NCBI GenBank assembly: GCA_963666285.1 | Contig: OY762711.1 | DNA length: 64,000 bases | Direction: 5' to 3' (one strand) | Origin: Sedimentisphaerales bacterium | GTDB lineage: Bacteria > Planctomycetota > Phycisphaerae > Sedimentisphaerales > SM23-30 | Shown: one piece after another, positions 9,600-21,324 of the stretch | Numbering within the stretch: position 1 is the stretch's first letter | Layout of the letters: each line of letters starts with the position of its first letter | Program-made: the position numbers and the translations under genes | The notes under the pieces: generated by a model | Databases searched by the model: none | Seen by the model: only the letters and a program-made list of their open reading frames with translations | What the model was told of the DNA's origin: nothing

Positions 9600-10466
9600 A
9601 TGAAGAATTTATTGGTATTAGTATTATTGAGTATGTGTTTAGTTACCGGTGCTGTATCTGCGGCTTCCATTCGTGGTATTGATATTGATTTTGTGGCTAT
9701 CAATAATCCGGGTAATGAAGCGGACAGTTCCGGCTTTGGTGCAGTTGATTATACCTATCAGATGGGTAAGTATGAGATAACTAATGCCCAGTGGGATGCG
9801 TTTGTATCAGCAGCTGGTACACCTATCGGTAATCCGGAAACTGCATATGATACAAGTGCTTACTGGCCGGAAGCGAGCGTGCCGGTCAATGGAGTAAGCT
9901 GGTATGAAGCTGCTCAGTTCTGCAATTACCTGACTAGTGGTGATAAGAGCAGGGGAGTATATCAATTCAGCGGCACGAATGCCAATCCGGGAGATTTTGT
10001 TGGGATAGACAGGACACTAGCAATCTCTATCTATGGCACAGCTTATGTTATCCCTACCGAGGATGAGTGGTATAAGGCTGCTTATTATAAGCCTGATGGC
10101 AGCGGATATTCGCTTTATGCCAATGGGCAAGATAGTATTCCTGTGCCCGATAATGGCTGGAACTATGATGGCGGTGCTTACAATTCACCGTGGAGTGTCG
10201 GAACAGGGACCGAAGAGCAAAATGGCACCTATGACATGATGGGCAATGTATGGGAGTTAAATGAGAATGAGATCGATTCCAGCCGCATTGTTCGCGGCGG
10301 CTCCTTCAGTCCTATGGACAAGCTTCTAGGAACTTCCGTTCGGGCCGGTATTAGCCCAGTCAATGAGTATGGCTTTGTTGGCTTTCGAGTTGCAGTTGTT
10401 CCTGAACCGTGCAGTCTGGTATTGTTTGGTTTAGGCGGATTGGTTTTGCGTTGTAGAAAAAGGTAA
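9600..10466 (+). CDS. FGE-sulfatase (SUMF1-like) domain protein with PEP-CTERM
   Basis: MGKYEITNAQW, VSWYEAAQFCN, PTEDEWYKAAY, DMMGNVWE, RGGS and GFRV; tail VPEPCSLVLFGLGGLVLRCRKR. Confidence 0.88.
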   Translation: MKNLLVLVLLSMCLVTGAVSAASIRGIDIDFVAINNPGNEADSSGFGAVDYTYQMGKYEITNAQWDAFVSAAGTPIGNPETAYDTSAYWPEASVPVNGVSWYEAAQFCNYLTSGDKSRGVYQFSGTNANPGDFVGIDRTLAISIYGTAYVIPTEDEWYKAAYYKPDGSGYSLYANGQDSIPVPDNGWNYDGGAYNSPWSVGTGTEEQNGTYDMMGNVWELNENEIDSSRIVRGGSFSPMDKLLGTSVRAGISPVNEYGFVGFRVAVVPEPCSLVLFGLGGLVLRCRKR

Positions 10467-10653
10467 AAAACTTATACCAATCCGTAAAACGGATGGACTA
10501 TTTATTTGGTGATGCTACACATTATTCACGACGGAAAAAGTGTAACAGTCCTATAACTATTTGTTAAGTGTGGATGGCGGTTTTAGTATGCTGTCTGTAA
10601 GATGTTGATTATCAGTATTTTAAGAAAAAGTGATGTTTTTTAATTCTTTATGG

Positions 10654-10681
10654 TTGACATATTTGCTAAAAGGTTTATAAT
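10654..10681 (+). promoter_or_regulatory. rrn promoter P1
   Basis: Perfect TTGACA-16 bp-TATAAT with an A/T-rich upstream tract. Confidence 0.85.
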
Positions 10682-10774
10682 TTCTCTCCCTTGTCCAGAT
10701 AAGATTTTGGACAACCCGCTGGGGCTGAAATACTCCGAAATATTTGAATAAAAATAAATTATTGAAATTAAGAG

Positions 10775-10802
10775 TTGACAGTTTCAGAAAAAAAGCTATA
10801 AT
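10775..10802 (+). promoter_or_regulatory. rrn promoter P2
   Basis: Perfect TTGACA-16 bp-TATAAT with an A/T-rich upstream tract. Confidence 0.85.
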
Positions 10803-10808
10803 TATGCG

Positions 10809-10861
10809 TCTCAACATTGGGCGAGTAAGTCAGATGTTGAGAGCAAAAGTTCTTTGACAAT
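10809..10861 (+). promoter_or_regulatory. rrn leader antitermination boxB hairpin and boxA
   Basis: TCTCAACAT...ATGTTGAGA hairpin followed by AGTTCTTTGACA (boxA-like). Confidence 0.65.
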
Positions 10862-11086
10862 TAAACAGTGACATATGCTTTATAGCGAGAATGTGATCTT
10901 TTACCGGGAACTATGAGTCCTGGTAAGAGTTAAACAAATAGCGGGTTACGACCCCGCATTTGGTGTAAAAAAATTGGTAACTTTCCTACCCGGGAAGGTT
11001 ACTATTCAACATTCTCAATCATAGGTGAGTTTTTGTTGAGCCATCAATCGTAAATATCATAACTTCGGTTATGACAACGATAAATC

Positions 11087-12630
<1,544 letters not shown>

Positions 12631-12721
12631 GGGATACTAGACCGTTGGTGGATTCATTTCTACCAATGAGTATCGTCAGCACATTTTCGCTGGCATTTTG
12701 TCACTGTTTTTTGAAATATCT

Positions 12722-12754
12722 AAAGTCCTGTACCATACGGTGCAGGACTTTTTT
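12722..12754 (+). terminator. Intrinsic terminator of the 16S transcription unit
   Basis: AAAGTCCTGTACC-atac-GGTGCAGGACTTT followed by a T-run. Confidence 0.85.
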
Positions 12755-12832
12755 GTGTTTAAAGGGGAATATTTGTATTAAATTAAATATTCTGTCGATA
12801 ATGTTTTTATTATTGATTAACCAGGTTATTGA

Positions 12833-14242
12833 ATGTTATTTAATACATTTACATTTATATTTTTCTTCGTGGTAGCTGTTACAATGTCAAGAGCTATCAA
12901 ATCATGGTCGTTGAATAAATTATTCCTTTTGCTCATCAGCTATTTATTTTATGCATCATGGAATCCCCCATTTGTTATTTTGCTTTGGATTTCTACAATA
13001 GGAGACTGGTATTTTGCAAAATTGATTTTTAATACTGCAAGTATATCCAGGAAAAAAGTTTATTTATTCGGTTCATTATTATTGAATCTTGGTATGTTAG
13101 GATATTTTAAGTATGCTAATTTTGTGTTGGAGAATTTTGTCTTTTTATTGTCATCATTTGGAATTAGCTGGCAGCCCCATCCACTAGATATTATCTTACC
13201 GGTTGGCATCTCATTTTATACATTTCAGACTTTGAGTTATACTATAGATGTGTATAGGGGTAATATGCCACCTGCAAAAAGTGTATTGGATTATGCTTTA
13301 TATGTGACATTTTTTCCGCAACTGGTAGCAGGTCCTATTGTCAGGGCGGTAGATTTTATTCCGCAGTGTGTTAAGTCAAAAAGAGCAACAGTAGACCAGT
13401 TATCATGGGGAGTAACTTTATTTATTTTAGGGTTATTTTACAAAGTAGTGATTGCGGACGGTCTAATGGCAGGAATAGTCGAGACCGGTTTTAGTTCAGA
13501 AGGTACTCCCGGATTTTTAAATGCGTGGGGAGCAACATTGAGTTTTAGTACCCAGATATTTTGTGATTTTGCCGGATATTCAACATGTGCAATTGGAATT
13601 GCATTATGTTTCGGCTTTGCTCTGCCTGATAATTTCAGGTTTCCTTATGCCGCATTAGGGTTTTCTGATTTCTGGCGAAGATGGCATATATCATTGTCTT
13701 CATGGCTGAGAGATTATTTATATATATCCCTGGGAGGTAATCGCAGAGGCAAGTTATTAACATATAGGAATTTGTTATTAACAATGTTTTTGGGAGGACT
13801 TTGGCATGGGGCCAGCTGGAATTTCGCTATATGGGGCCTTCTGCACGGTTTGTTTTTGATATTCGAACGTTCAGTATATATTATTTTGCCGCATTGGAGG
13901 TCCAAAACAAATATTCTATTTCAATTATTCTGGGGCGGAATTACTTATATATGTGTATGTTTTGCCTGGGTGTTTTTCAGAGCTAATAGTCTTGATGGAG
14001 CGGTAACTATTATTTCCGGTATGCTGGGTTGTCATGGTATGGGACATATTAATCGTAAGATAGCATTTATTGTCCCAATTTCTTTAGTTATTTTTCATTG
14101 GTTGATGCGAGATACGACAATAGAAGATGCTGCTGTAAAGATGCCATATTGGTTAAAATCAATAATAATTTCGATATTTATATTTTGTATTATATTGTAT
14201 TGGGGAGGTGAAGATCGTGCCTTTATCTATTTCCAATTCTAA
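12833..14242 (+). CDS. MBOAT family O-acyltransferase (AlgI/PatA/DltB-like)
   Basis: LPVGISFYTFQ, FFPQLVAGPIVR, DFAGYS, FWRRWHISLS and GLWHGA; ends FIYFQF. Confidence 0.93.
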   Translation: MLFNTFTFIFFFVVAVTMSRAIKSWSLNKLFLLLISYLFYASWNPPFVILLWISTIGDWYFAKLIFNTASISRKKVYLFGSLLLNLGMLGYFKYANFVLENFVFLLSSFGISWQPHPLDIILPVGISFYTFQTLSYTIDVYRGNMPPAKSVLDYALYVTFFPQLVAGPIVRAVDFIPQCVKSKRATVDQLSWGVTLFILGLFYKVVIADGLMAGIVETGFSSEGTPGFLNAWGATLSFSTQIFCDFAGYSTCAIGIALCFGFALPDNFRFPYAALGFSDFWRRWHISLSSWLRDYLYISLGGNRRGKLLTYRNLLLTMFLGGLWHGASWNFAIWGLLHGLFLIFERSVYIILPHWRSKTNILFQLFWGGITYICVCFAWVFFRANSLDGAVTIISGMLGCHGMGHINRKIAFIVPISLVIFHWLMRDTTIEDAAVKMPYWLKSIIISIFIFCIILYWGGEDRAFIYFQF

Positions 14243-15317
14243 TTTACGTTTGCCGACAGGTCATTGCAGGAAACAATGGCTATTAGTAATAGTATTTACC
14301 GTTATATTAGTTGTAATATTTGAGTTATATTTACGTTCATTAGGATGTATGCCACAGGTAAAAGATTCTTCCAGTTTGTGGGGATATTATCGTCAAGAGT
14401 GCGATAGAGCTGAAACATCGAATATGCTGGTATCTATTGGCGGCTCTCGCCCACAGGCAGGGTTAAACCCATTCCTGGTAGCCTCACGAACAAATTATTC
14501 AAATGTAGTATTGCTGCATCAGGCGGGATCATCGTTTATTCCAACTTTGCGAGATATAGCATATAACACAGATTATTCCGGGATGATAATATGTTCGTAT
14601 CATCCATTATATTTTTTGTATAGTATGGAAGAGCAACAGGCCTTAGTTGATTTCTATCATGCGAAATACAATAATTCTATATTAACATCATTGTTGACAA
14701 ATATAGATACATATTTAAATCTACAGTTATCTTCTTCGCTTGTTATTAACAATATTAATGGTATTTCCGGTATCGCTTCAAAAATCCTGTCATCTAAACG
14801 CAGTAATATGAAGAAATATCCTAACAGGTTTATGATAAGTGAAACCAGTCTCCTGGAAGCTATGTCAAAGGAGCAGTTGTCGCAATATAAAAAGGAACGT
14901 GCGGTAGCAGGAGTTAGATTTATTGTTGGAAATGATGTGTCAATTGAAGATTTACCCGTAGATCATGATAAGTGGTTTGCATGTTTTAGAGAGGTCCTGC
15001 AGCTGGCAAAAATTATAGAGGATCGGGGCGGTAAATTTATATTTGTTCGCTACCCGATATCTGATGATTGCCGCAGATACGAACAGGAAAAGTTTCCAAA
15101 AGAATTGTATTGGGACGAGGCGGCAAGAATGTCACCAGTATTGATGCTACATTTTCAGGATATACCAGGTTGTGAAAATTTAAGCTGCTTTGACGGCTCA
15201 CATTTGAGTGAAGAAAATGCAAATATATTTACAAATCGATTGATCGAAGAATTGATAAAAACGGGTGTTATGGAACCAAAGCTTAAGATAGAGAATGATA
15301 AGGCCCAAGGCAGATAA
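14217..15317 (+). CDS. Membrane-anchored SGNH-like partner of the MBOAT (AlgJ/DltD-like)
   Basis: GTG start 8 nt after GGAGG, overlapping the MBOAT 3' end; TM helix; IGGSR (GxS) and DGSH (DxxH) motifs. Confidence 0.6.
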   Translation: MPLSISNSNLRLPTGHCRKQWLLVIVFTVILVVIFELYLRSLGCMPQVKDSSSLWGYYRQECDRAETSNMLVSIGGSRPQAGLNPFLVASRTNYSNVVLLHQAGSSFIPTLRDIAYNTDYSGMIICSYHPLYFLYSMEEQQALVDFYHAKYNNSILTSLLTNIDTYLNLQLSSSLVINNINGISGIASKILSSKRSNMKKYPNRFMISETSLLEAMSKEQLSQYKKERAVAGVRFIVGNDVSIEDLPVDHDKWFACFREVLQLAKIIEDRGGKFIFVRYPISDDCRRYEQEKFPKELYWDEAARMSPVLMLHFQDIPGCENLSCFDGSHLSEENANIFTNRLIEELIKTGVMEPKLKIENDKAQGR

Positions 15318-15552
15318 CTGAACCAATTAAGTCTATTGTGATTGTGTAAGAATCGTATAATCATTTCAAAGCGTGATTTTTGTACAAAATATATATGTGG
15401 TTTACTCTCATTGCAAATTTTCAGTTCAAATTAAGGAATTTATCTGAATAATTTTCCATTGGACAGGGTTTTGGATTGGCGATATCATATTAGGTTTATT
15501 ATTAGTTAATAGATAAGACTATAGAAACAAACACTTTATATGAGGTTTGATG

Positions 15553-16566
15553 ATGAGTGAAGTACAGTTGAAGGTAACAGGTGTCGGTTCGCCGATTATG
15601 GATTTGCTGGCACATGTATCTGATGATTTTGTAAGCACTTATGCCGGTGAGAAGGGCGGCATGGAGCTGGTAGATGCAGAAGTAATGAGTAAAATGGTGG
15701 AAAATCTGCCGGATACTCCTAAGCTCGCGGCCGGCGGTTCAGCAGCGAATACAGTATTTGCGATGGCAAGATTGGGTATGCCATGTGGTTTTGTCGGAAA
15801 GGTCGGCAGGGATAGCCATGCGGAACAATATCTCGGCCTGTTCCAGAAATACGGGGGTGAGATATCCCGGTTTAAATATAATGACCAGGTGCCAACGGCA
15901 TTATGCTTAAGCCTGGTAACGCCGGATTATGAGCGAACAATGCGTACCTTTCTTGGTGCGGCAGCCACTCTTGCACCAGATGAGATTGTTTCTGAGGATT
16001 TTGCGGGTTATGCTCATGTGCATGTAGAAGGTTATTTATTGTTTAACCAGGAGTTATTGCTGGCGGTACTTGACCGAGCCACAAAAGCGGGATGTACAAT
16101 CAGCCTGGATCTGGGTTCGTTTGAGATAGTTAATGCATTTAAAGATTTGATTAATGATATACTCGAAAAGTATATAGATATTGTTTTTGCAAATGAGGAT
16201 GAATCAAAAGCATTTTGCGGCTCTGAAGATCCAGAGGTTGGTTTGGCAGCTTTAAGTGAGAAGTGTTCAGTTGCTGTAGTGAAACTAGGAGCAGAAGGAT
16301 CGCTGATCCAGGATGAATTAGGAGTTAGTAAGGTGTCTGCCAATATGGTAGAAAATGCAGTTGATACTACCGGTGCCGGTGACTATTGGGCTGCCGGATT
16401 TTTGCATGGATATTTGAACGGATATACGATGGGTGCTTGCGGGCAAATGGGTTCAATCCTGGGAGCAGAAGTGGTGCAGCAGCTAGGAGCAGAGCTGCCG
16501 GAAGAACGCTGGGAAGCGATACTGGAACAGTTTGAAAATATTCCTGAAGACGAAGAAGAAAATTAG
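15553..16566 (+). CDS. PfkB family carbohydrate/adenosine kinase
   Basis: AGGSAANT, FANEDE, VKLGAEG and DTTGAGDYWAAG. Confidence 0.9.
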   Translation: MSEVQLKVTGVGSPIMDLLAHVSDDFVSTYAGEKGGMELVDAEVMSKMVENLPDTPKLAAGGSAANTVFAMARLGMPCGFVGKVGRDSHAEQYLGLFQKYGGEISRFKYNDQVPTALCLSLVTPDYERTMRTFLGAAATLAPDEIVSEDFAGYAHVHVEGYLLFNQELLLAVLDRATKAGCTISLDLGSFEIVNAFKDLINDILEKYIDIVFANEDESKAFCGSEDPEVGLAALSEKCSVAVVKLGAEGSLIQDELGVSKVSANMVENAVDTTGAGDYWAAGFLHGYLNGYTMGACGQMGSILGAEVVQQLGAELPEERWEAILEQFENIPEDEEEN

Positions 16567-16751
16567 TACGTGAGAAAGTAGTGCGGTATCGCACTTTTGA
16601 CTGTTCAGCATTATACGCAAAGTCCGTAACAGGGCCAATTAAGTGAAAAATGAATAATGAAAAGTGAAAAATTCAGGTGTTCGACTATCGTCTTACACTT
16701 TGTTTTAAAAAAGCGTTGCAGGAAGGCTCTTTTAGGCAATTTACCAGAGGC

Positions 16752-16791
16752 ACTTCGTTATTGCAACTTAAAAACTGCAAAAGTAAACTAA
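16752..16791 (+). repeat. Direct repeat copy 1 (about 40 bp), upstream of the malic enzyme gene
   Basis: ACTTCGTTATTGCAACTTAAAAACTGCAAAAGTAAACTAA; matches 18334-18373 with 3 mismatches. Confidence 0.8.
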
Positions 16792-16808
16792 ATAGAGAGA
16801 AAATATAT

Positions 16809-18191
16809 ATGAAGATGAAAAATGTTAGTTGGCAGGAGCGATATCATGCTCCCGAGATATTTACGTTGATATGCCGGCTTGAAGATAAACCTGGAATGCT
16901 GGGCAGGGTAATCTCTGCAATAGGTGAGAGTAATACGCATGTCGGTTCGATTCTAACAATTGGAGTGGATTCCAGTCATAAGGTTCGCAAGATTCGAGTA
17001 TTTTGTTCGGATCAGGAGCATTTAGCAGAGGTAGTTTCGATCATAGAAGCAATTGATGGCGTTGAGGTTCTTGAGGTTATTGATGAGGTGATGGAGATTC
17101 ATCGACGTGGCCCAATTGAGACAGTGAGCAGGGTAAAGATAGATCGGATCTCAGATTTGAGAATGATTTACACCCCCGGAGTAGCGTCGGTATGTAAAAA
17201 AATCGAATCTGACCCGGAAAGTGCGTATGAGATAACCGGTATTTGCGATCGGGTAGCGATAGTGACAAATGGCACAGCCGTTTTGGGGCTGGGCGATATC
17301 GGAGTACTTCCTTCGCTTCCGGTGATGGAGGGTAAGGCGGCAATTTTTGCCGAGTTTGCTAATATAAGTGCGGTTCCAGTTTTAATCGAGTCCAAGGATA
17401 CAGACACTATAGTTGATACTGTTATCAGGATAGCCAAGTCTTATGGAGCGATTCAGTTGGAAGATATAGCAGCTCCGGAATGTTTCGAAATTGAAAAACG
17501 TCTGCAAGATGCCCTCGATATTCCCGTATTGCATGATGACCAGCATGGAACGGCAACAGTAGCTTTGGCAGCTCTTATAAGCTCATTAAAGAGAACCGGC
17601 AGAACAGCAGAAAATTGTTCTGCAGTTATTCTTGGTGCCGGAGCAGCCGGTGTCGCGATAACAAAGATATTGCTGACATATGGCATAAAGGATATCGTCG
17701 TATATGATTCCTGCGGCGCAATTTATCGCGGCAGAACCGAGAAGATGAATTCGGTTAAACAGGAGCTGGCAGAGATAACGAATCCAGATAATCTCCAGGT
17801 TTCACTTGAGGAAGGTTTTAAGGGCAGGGACATCTTTATTGGTGTGGCTCGCCCGAATATGGTTACAAAAGATATGGTAAGGAGTATGGCGAAAGATTCC
17901 ATAGTCTTTCCTTTAAGCAACCCGGTTGGTGAGATTGATATTCGTGACGCAATGGAAGCCGGAGCAGCGATAGTTGCAGATGGGCGAACTTTGAATAATG
18001 CCCAGGCATATCCGGGATTGTTTAGGGGGGCATTGGATGCGAAAGCACAGGACATAACACCTGAGATGCAGTTGGCGTGCGCCCTTAAACTGGCAGAAAA
18101 AGCAGAGGAACCATATTTATTACCAGACATGCTTGACCGTGATATTCACAAGGAAATAGCAAAGGCGGTTGCTGAGGCATCCCGGAAATAA
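16809..18191 (+). CDS. NAD(P)-dependent malic enzyme with N-terminal ACT domain
   Basis: LEDKPGMLG (ACT), YTPGVA, GTAVLGLGDIG, LEDI, HDDQHGTA and GAGAAG; start refined to the ATG after GAGAG. Confidence 0.9.
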   Translation: MKMKNVSWQERYHAPEIFTLICRLEDKPGMLGRVISAIGESNTHVGSILTIGVDSSHKVRKIRVFCSDQEHLAEVVSIIEAIDGVEVLEVIDEVMEIHRRGPIETVSRVKIDRISDLRMIYTPGVASVCKKIESDPESAYEITGICDRVAIVTNGTAVLGLGDIGVLPSLPVMEGKAAIFAEFANISAVPVLIESKDTDTIVDTVIRIAKSYGAIQLEDIAAPECFEIEKRLQDALDIPVLHDDQHGTATVALAALISSLKRTGRTAENCSAVILGAGAAGVAITKILLTYGIKDIVVYDSCGAIYRGRTEKMNSVKQELAEITNPDNLQVSLEEGFKGRDIFIGVARPNMVTKDMVRSMAKDSIVFPLSNPVGEIDIRDAMEAGAAIVADGRTLNNAQAYPGLFRGALDAKAQDITPEMQLACALKLAEKAEEPYLLPDMLDRDIHKEIAKAVAEASRK

Positions 18192-18333
18192 TTGAGAAAA
18201 ATCAAATTTTCATGCCTATAATCATCTTAGAGAGTATTAAATAATATAAGATGAGGCAGATAAATAAATAAAAATTGGTATTAAGTATTTAAAAAATGAG
18301 TGTAGTTTGTGCTTCATATCATATGCCGGGTGT

Positions 18334-18373
18334 ACTTAGTTATTGCAACTTAAAAACTGCGAAAGTTAACTAA
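18334..18373 (+). repeat. Direct repeat copy 2 (about 40 bp), upstream of the GH31 gene
   Basis: ACTTAGTTATTGCAACTTAAAAACTGCGAAAGTTAACTAA. Confidence 0.8.
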
Positions 18374-18472
18374 TTTAAAACTCCAAATATTATTGTTTTT
18401 CGTGTATATACTATATATTACTATTTGTGTTTTATGAATTTGGTGAAGAAATACGTTAATGTGAGGTTAGGC

Positions 18473-21310
18473 ATGAAATTCAGGTTTTTAATTATAATGT
18501 GTGTATCGGTTGTAAATATAAGCTCTTATGGGAAAGTGCTATATACCGAAAACTATTCCGGGATAGGGGATTATGATAATGTAACAGCCAGGTTGGAAGA
18601 GGGGAGCCTGGATTATAAATATCATAAGGAGTCGGGAAACAGGCTTAAGATCATAGACAATGAAGCAGGTGTATCGTATAAGTTGGGAAATATGGTCGAT
18701 ACAAAGCAGATTGAAGCAGCGGGAGGTGAATTATATCTTAGCTTTAACATGAGATGTTTGTCGGGCAGCAATAAGGATAAGTATGCCGGAGTAGTATTTT
18801 ATAATAAATCAGGAGAAGAGGTATTTGGAATAGGAAATGACTGGCAGTCTGAATATTACAGTTTCTGGCAGCAGGGTGATCAGCCGCAAACAATAGGTGA
18901 TGTCCCGGTTTTGATCGATAATGACGTGCATATGATCGTAATGCGGGTAAAGTATAATCAGTCCGGAAAAGAGATGGTTTCGGTCTGGCTGGACCCACTT
19001 TGCCTGGTAACGGAGAAAGAACAATATAAACACATAATGACAGAATTCGAATGTGAACTGCATTTTAGTGAAATACGGCTGCGTTCCGGGAAAAAGGATA
19101 ATGTATGGGAGTTTGATGAGATTGTTTTTGGAACTACCTGGCCTGATGTAACAGATTTTGATAGAGCTCATGGTGAGAATATTAAAAAGATACTTGCCGG
19201 AACTGGTTCTTATGGCAAAAAAGAATTAGTAGGCGATGGTGTTGTTCGTTTTTGGCCGCAAGATTGTGATATTGCCAAGGTTCCACCATCGTTATTTTCA
19301 AATAAACCATTGAAGACGGGCGGGATGGTGCCTAGCAATAACGATGTTATACCTCGATTCGGAATTGTTGACGGCAAAAAGACAGCATATATTAGTCTAT
19401 CACCTTTATTCGATTTATACGGTACCGGTGAGGTTACCGGTTCGCTTTTGCGAAATAACTACAAGATTTCATTGTTTAATACGGACTGTTACGGTTATAA
19501 GATACCGGGCCAGCTGTATCAATCACATCCCTGGGTGTTAGGTGTTCGGCCAGACGGAAGTGCTTTTGGAGTGATTTTCGATTGTACCTGGAAAGCCGAG
19601 CTGAACTTGAGAAATGGAATACTCTTTACTACAGTAAAAGAGGCGAATGATTTTCCTGTTATAGTGATCGAAGGAGATTGTCCGCAAGACGTGCTGTTGA
19701 AGCTGGGAGATATTACGGGTACTATGCCAATGCCGCCGAGATGGGCACTAGGTTTCCAGCAGTGCAGGTATTCATATTACCCAGATGCGCGTGTACGCGA
19801 GGTGGTGGATACATTCCGCAGTAAGCGAATACCTTGTGATGTTCTCTGGTTTGATATCGATTATATGGATGGCTTCAGGATATTTACTTTTGATAAGAAT
19901 CATTTTCCTGATCCTGCAGACACAAACCGATATCTGCATAATCTTGGATTTAAAAGTGTCTGGATGATCGATCCTGGAGTGAAATATGATAAGGATTATT
20001 TTGTATATCAAAGTGGTACAGCAAATGATGTTTGGGTGAAGTCTGCCGGTGGAGAGCCGTTTGTCGGTCCGGTATGGCCGGGAGATTGTGTGTTTCCTGA
20101 CTTTACAATGCCGGCCACTCGTCAATGGTGGTCAGGATTGTATAAAGCTTTTATGGCTAAAGGAGTGGATGGTGTCTGGAATGATATGAATGAGCCATCT
20201 GTTTTTGATGAGAAACTGGAAGGGACAATGGCATTGGATTGTGTTCATCGCGGCGGTGATGGTTTGCCCAAAGGGGAGCATGTCCAGTATCATAATGTTT
20301 ACGGCATGCTTATGGTAAAAGCTTCTCGAGAAGGAATTTTGAAAGCGAACCCGGATAAACGTCCATTTATACTTTCACGGTCCAATTTTTTGGGTGGGCA
20401 TAGATATGCCGCTACCTGGACGGGTGATAATAAGGCAACCTGGGAGCATATGGAGATGTCAATTCCGATGACGTTGAACCTTGGTCTTTCGGGACAGCCG
20501 TTTAACGGTCCGGATATCGGAGGTTTTATAGGTGATGCGACTCCAGAGCTTTGGGGGAACTGGATATCTATCGGGGCGTATTTCCCATTTTCAAGGGCAC
20601 ATACCGCCATTGAAACCAGGAACCAGGAACCGTGGGCGTTTGGCAGTAAGACCGAGGATGCTTCGCGGGTAGCCCTGGAGCGTCGGTACCGTTTAATGCC
20701 GTATATTTATACCTTGTTCAGGGACTCTCATACAAGCGGCTTGCCTGTAATGAGGCCTGTATTTTTTGCAGATCCGGCAGACGGGGCATTGCGTCAGGAA
20801 GATGAAGCTTTTATGCTAGGAGAAGATTTACTGATTGTGCCGGCCTGGGCAAAGAGCCCGGCATTGCCGAAAGGTATCTGGCAATCATTTAAGCTTACAG
20901 CAACAACCGGTTTATCTGATGATTATCAGAGCACTTTGAAGATAAAGGGGGGGAGTATTGTTCCTGTCGGGCGTGTAGTTCAGTCGACCAGCGAGATAGG
21001 TGAAAATGAAAAGCTTACTTTAATAGTTGCCCTGGATAAAAACGGAAAAGCCAGCGGTAAATTGTATGAAGATGATGGCGAAGGTTTTTCATTTAGAAAT
21101 GGAGACTATTGTCTGTCGGGATTTTCAGCTGAACTTAAAGGCGGTAGAGTCTATGTAACTGTTTCAGGTATGGAAGGTGATAAAAAATATAATAGTCGTT
21201 TGGTATCTGTAGCGGTAATTGATGAGAATGGCGTTAGCAGCGGTTACGGTGATATTGTAGAAGGTGTAAATGTGGTGTTAGACCCGCATGATATTTGTAT
21301 ACCACAATAA
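18473..21310 (+). CDS. Glycoside hydrolase family 31 (alpha-glucosidase-like) with extra N-terminal domain
   Basis: MPPRWALGFQQCRYSY, DIDYMDG, GVWNDMNEP (nucleophile), WTGDN (acid/base) and GPDIGGF; signal peptide; start refined. Confidence 0.92.
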   Translation: MKFRFLIIMCVSVVNISSYGKVLYTENYSGIGDYDNVTARLEEGSLDYKYHKESGNRLKIIDNEAGVSYKLGNMVDTKQIEAAGGELYLSFNMRCLSGSNKDKYAGVVFYNKSGEEVFGIGNDWQSEYYSFWQQGDQPQTIGDVPVLIDNDVHMIVMRVKYNQSGKEMVSVWLDPLCLVTEKEQYKHIMTEFECELHFSEIRLRSGKKDNVWEFDEIVFGTTWPDVTDFDRAHGENIKKILAGTGSYGKKELVGDGVVRFWPQDCDIAKVPPSLFSNKPLKTGGMVPSNNDVIPRFGIVDGKKTAYISLSPLFDLYGTGEVTGSLLRNNYKISLFNTDCYGYKIPGQLYQSHPWVLGVRPDGSAFGVIFDCTWKAELNLRNGILFTTVKEANDFPVIVIEGDCPQDVLLKLGDITGTMPMPPRWALGFQQCRYSYYPDARVREVVDTFRSKRIPCDVLWFDIDYMDGFRIFTFDKNHFPDPADTNRYLHNLGFKSVWMIDPGVKYDKDYFVYQSGTANDVWVKSAGGEPFVGPVWPGDCVFPDFTMPATRQWWSGLYKAFMAKGVDGVWNDMNEPSVFDEKLEGTMALDCVHRGGDGLPKGEHVQYHNVYGMLMVKASREGILKANPDKRPFILSRSNFLGGHRYAATWTGDNKATWEHMEMSIPMTLNLGLSGQPFNGPDIGGFIGDATPELWGNWISIGAYFPFSRAHTAIETRNQEPWAFGSKTEDASRVALERRYRLMPYIYTLFRDSHTSGLPVMRPVFFADPADGALRQEDEAFMLGEDLLIVPAWAKSPALPKGIWQSFKLTATTGLSDDYQSTLKIKGGSIVPVGRVVQSTSEIGENEKLTLIVALDKNGKASGKLYEDDGEGFSFRNGDYCLSGFSAELKGGRVYVTVSGMEGDKKYNSRLVSVAVIDENGVSSGYGDIVEGVNVVLDPHDICIPQ

Positions 21311-21324
21311 AATATGAGGTTGAT

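Noticed and set aside
10470..10560. Stem-loops after the FGE/PEP-CTERM gene as a possible MITE or ncRNA
   Set aside because: Short imperfect stems only; no terminal inverted repeat pair or second copy in the window.
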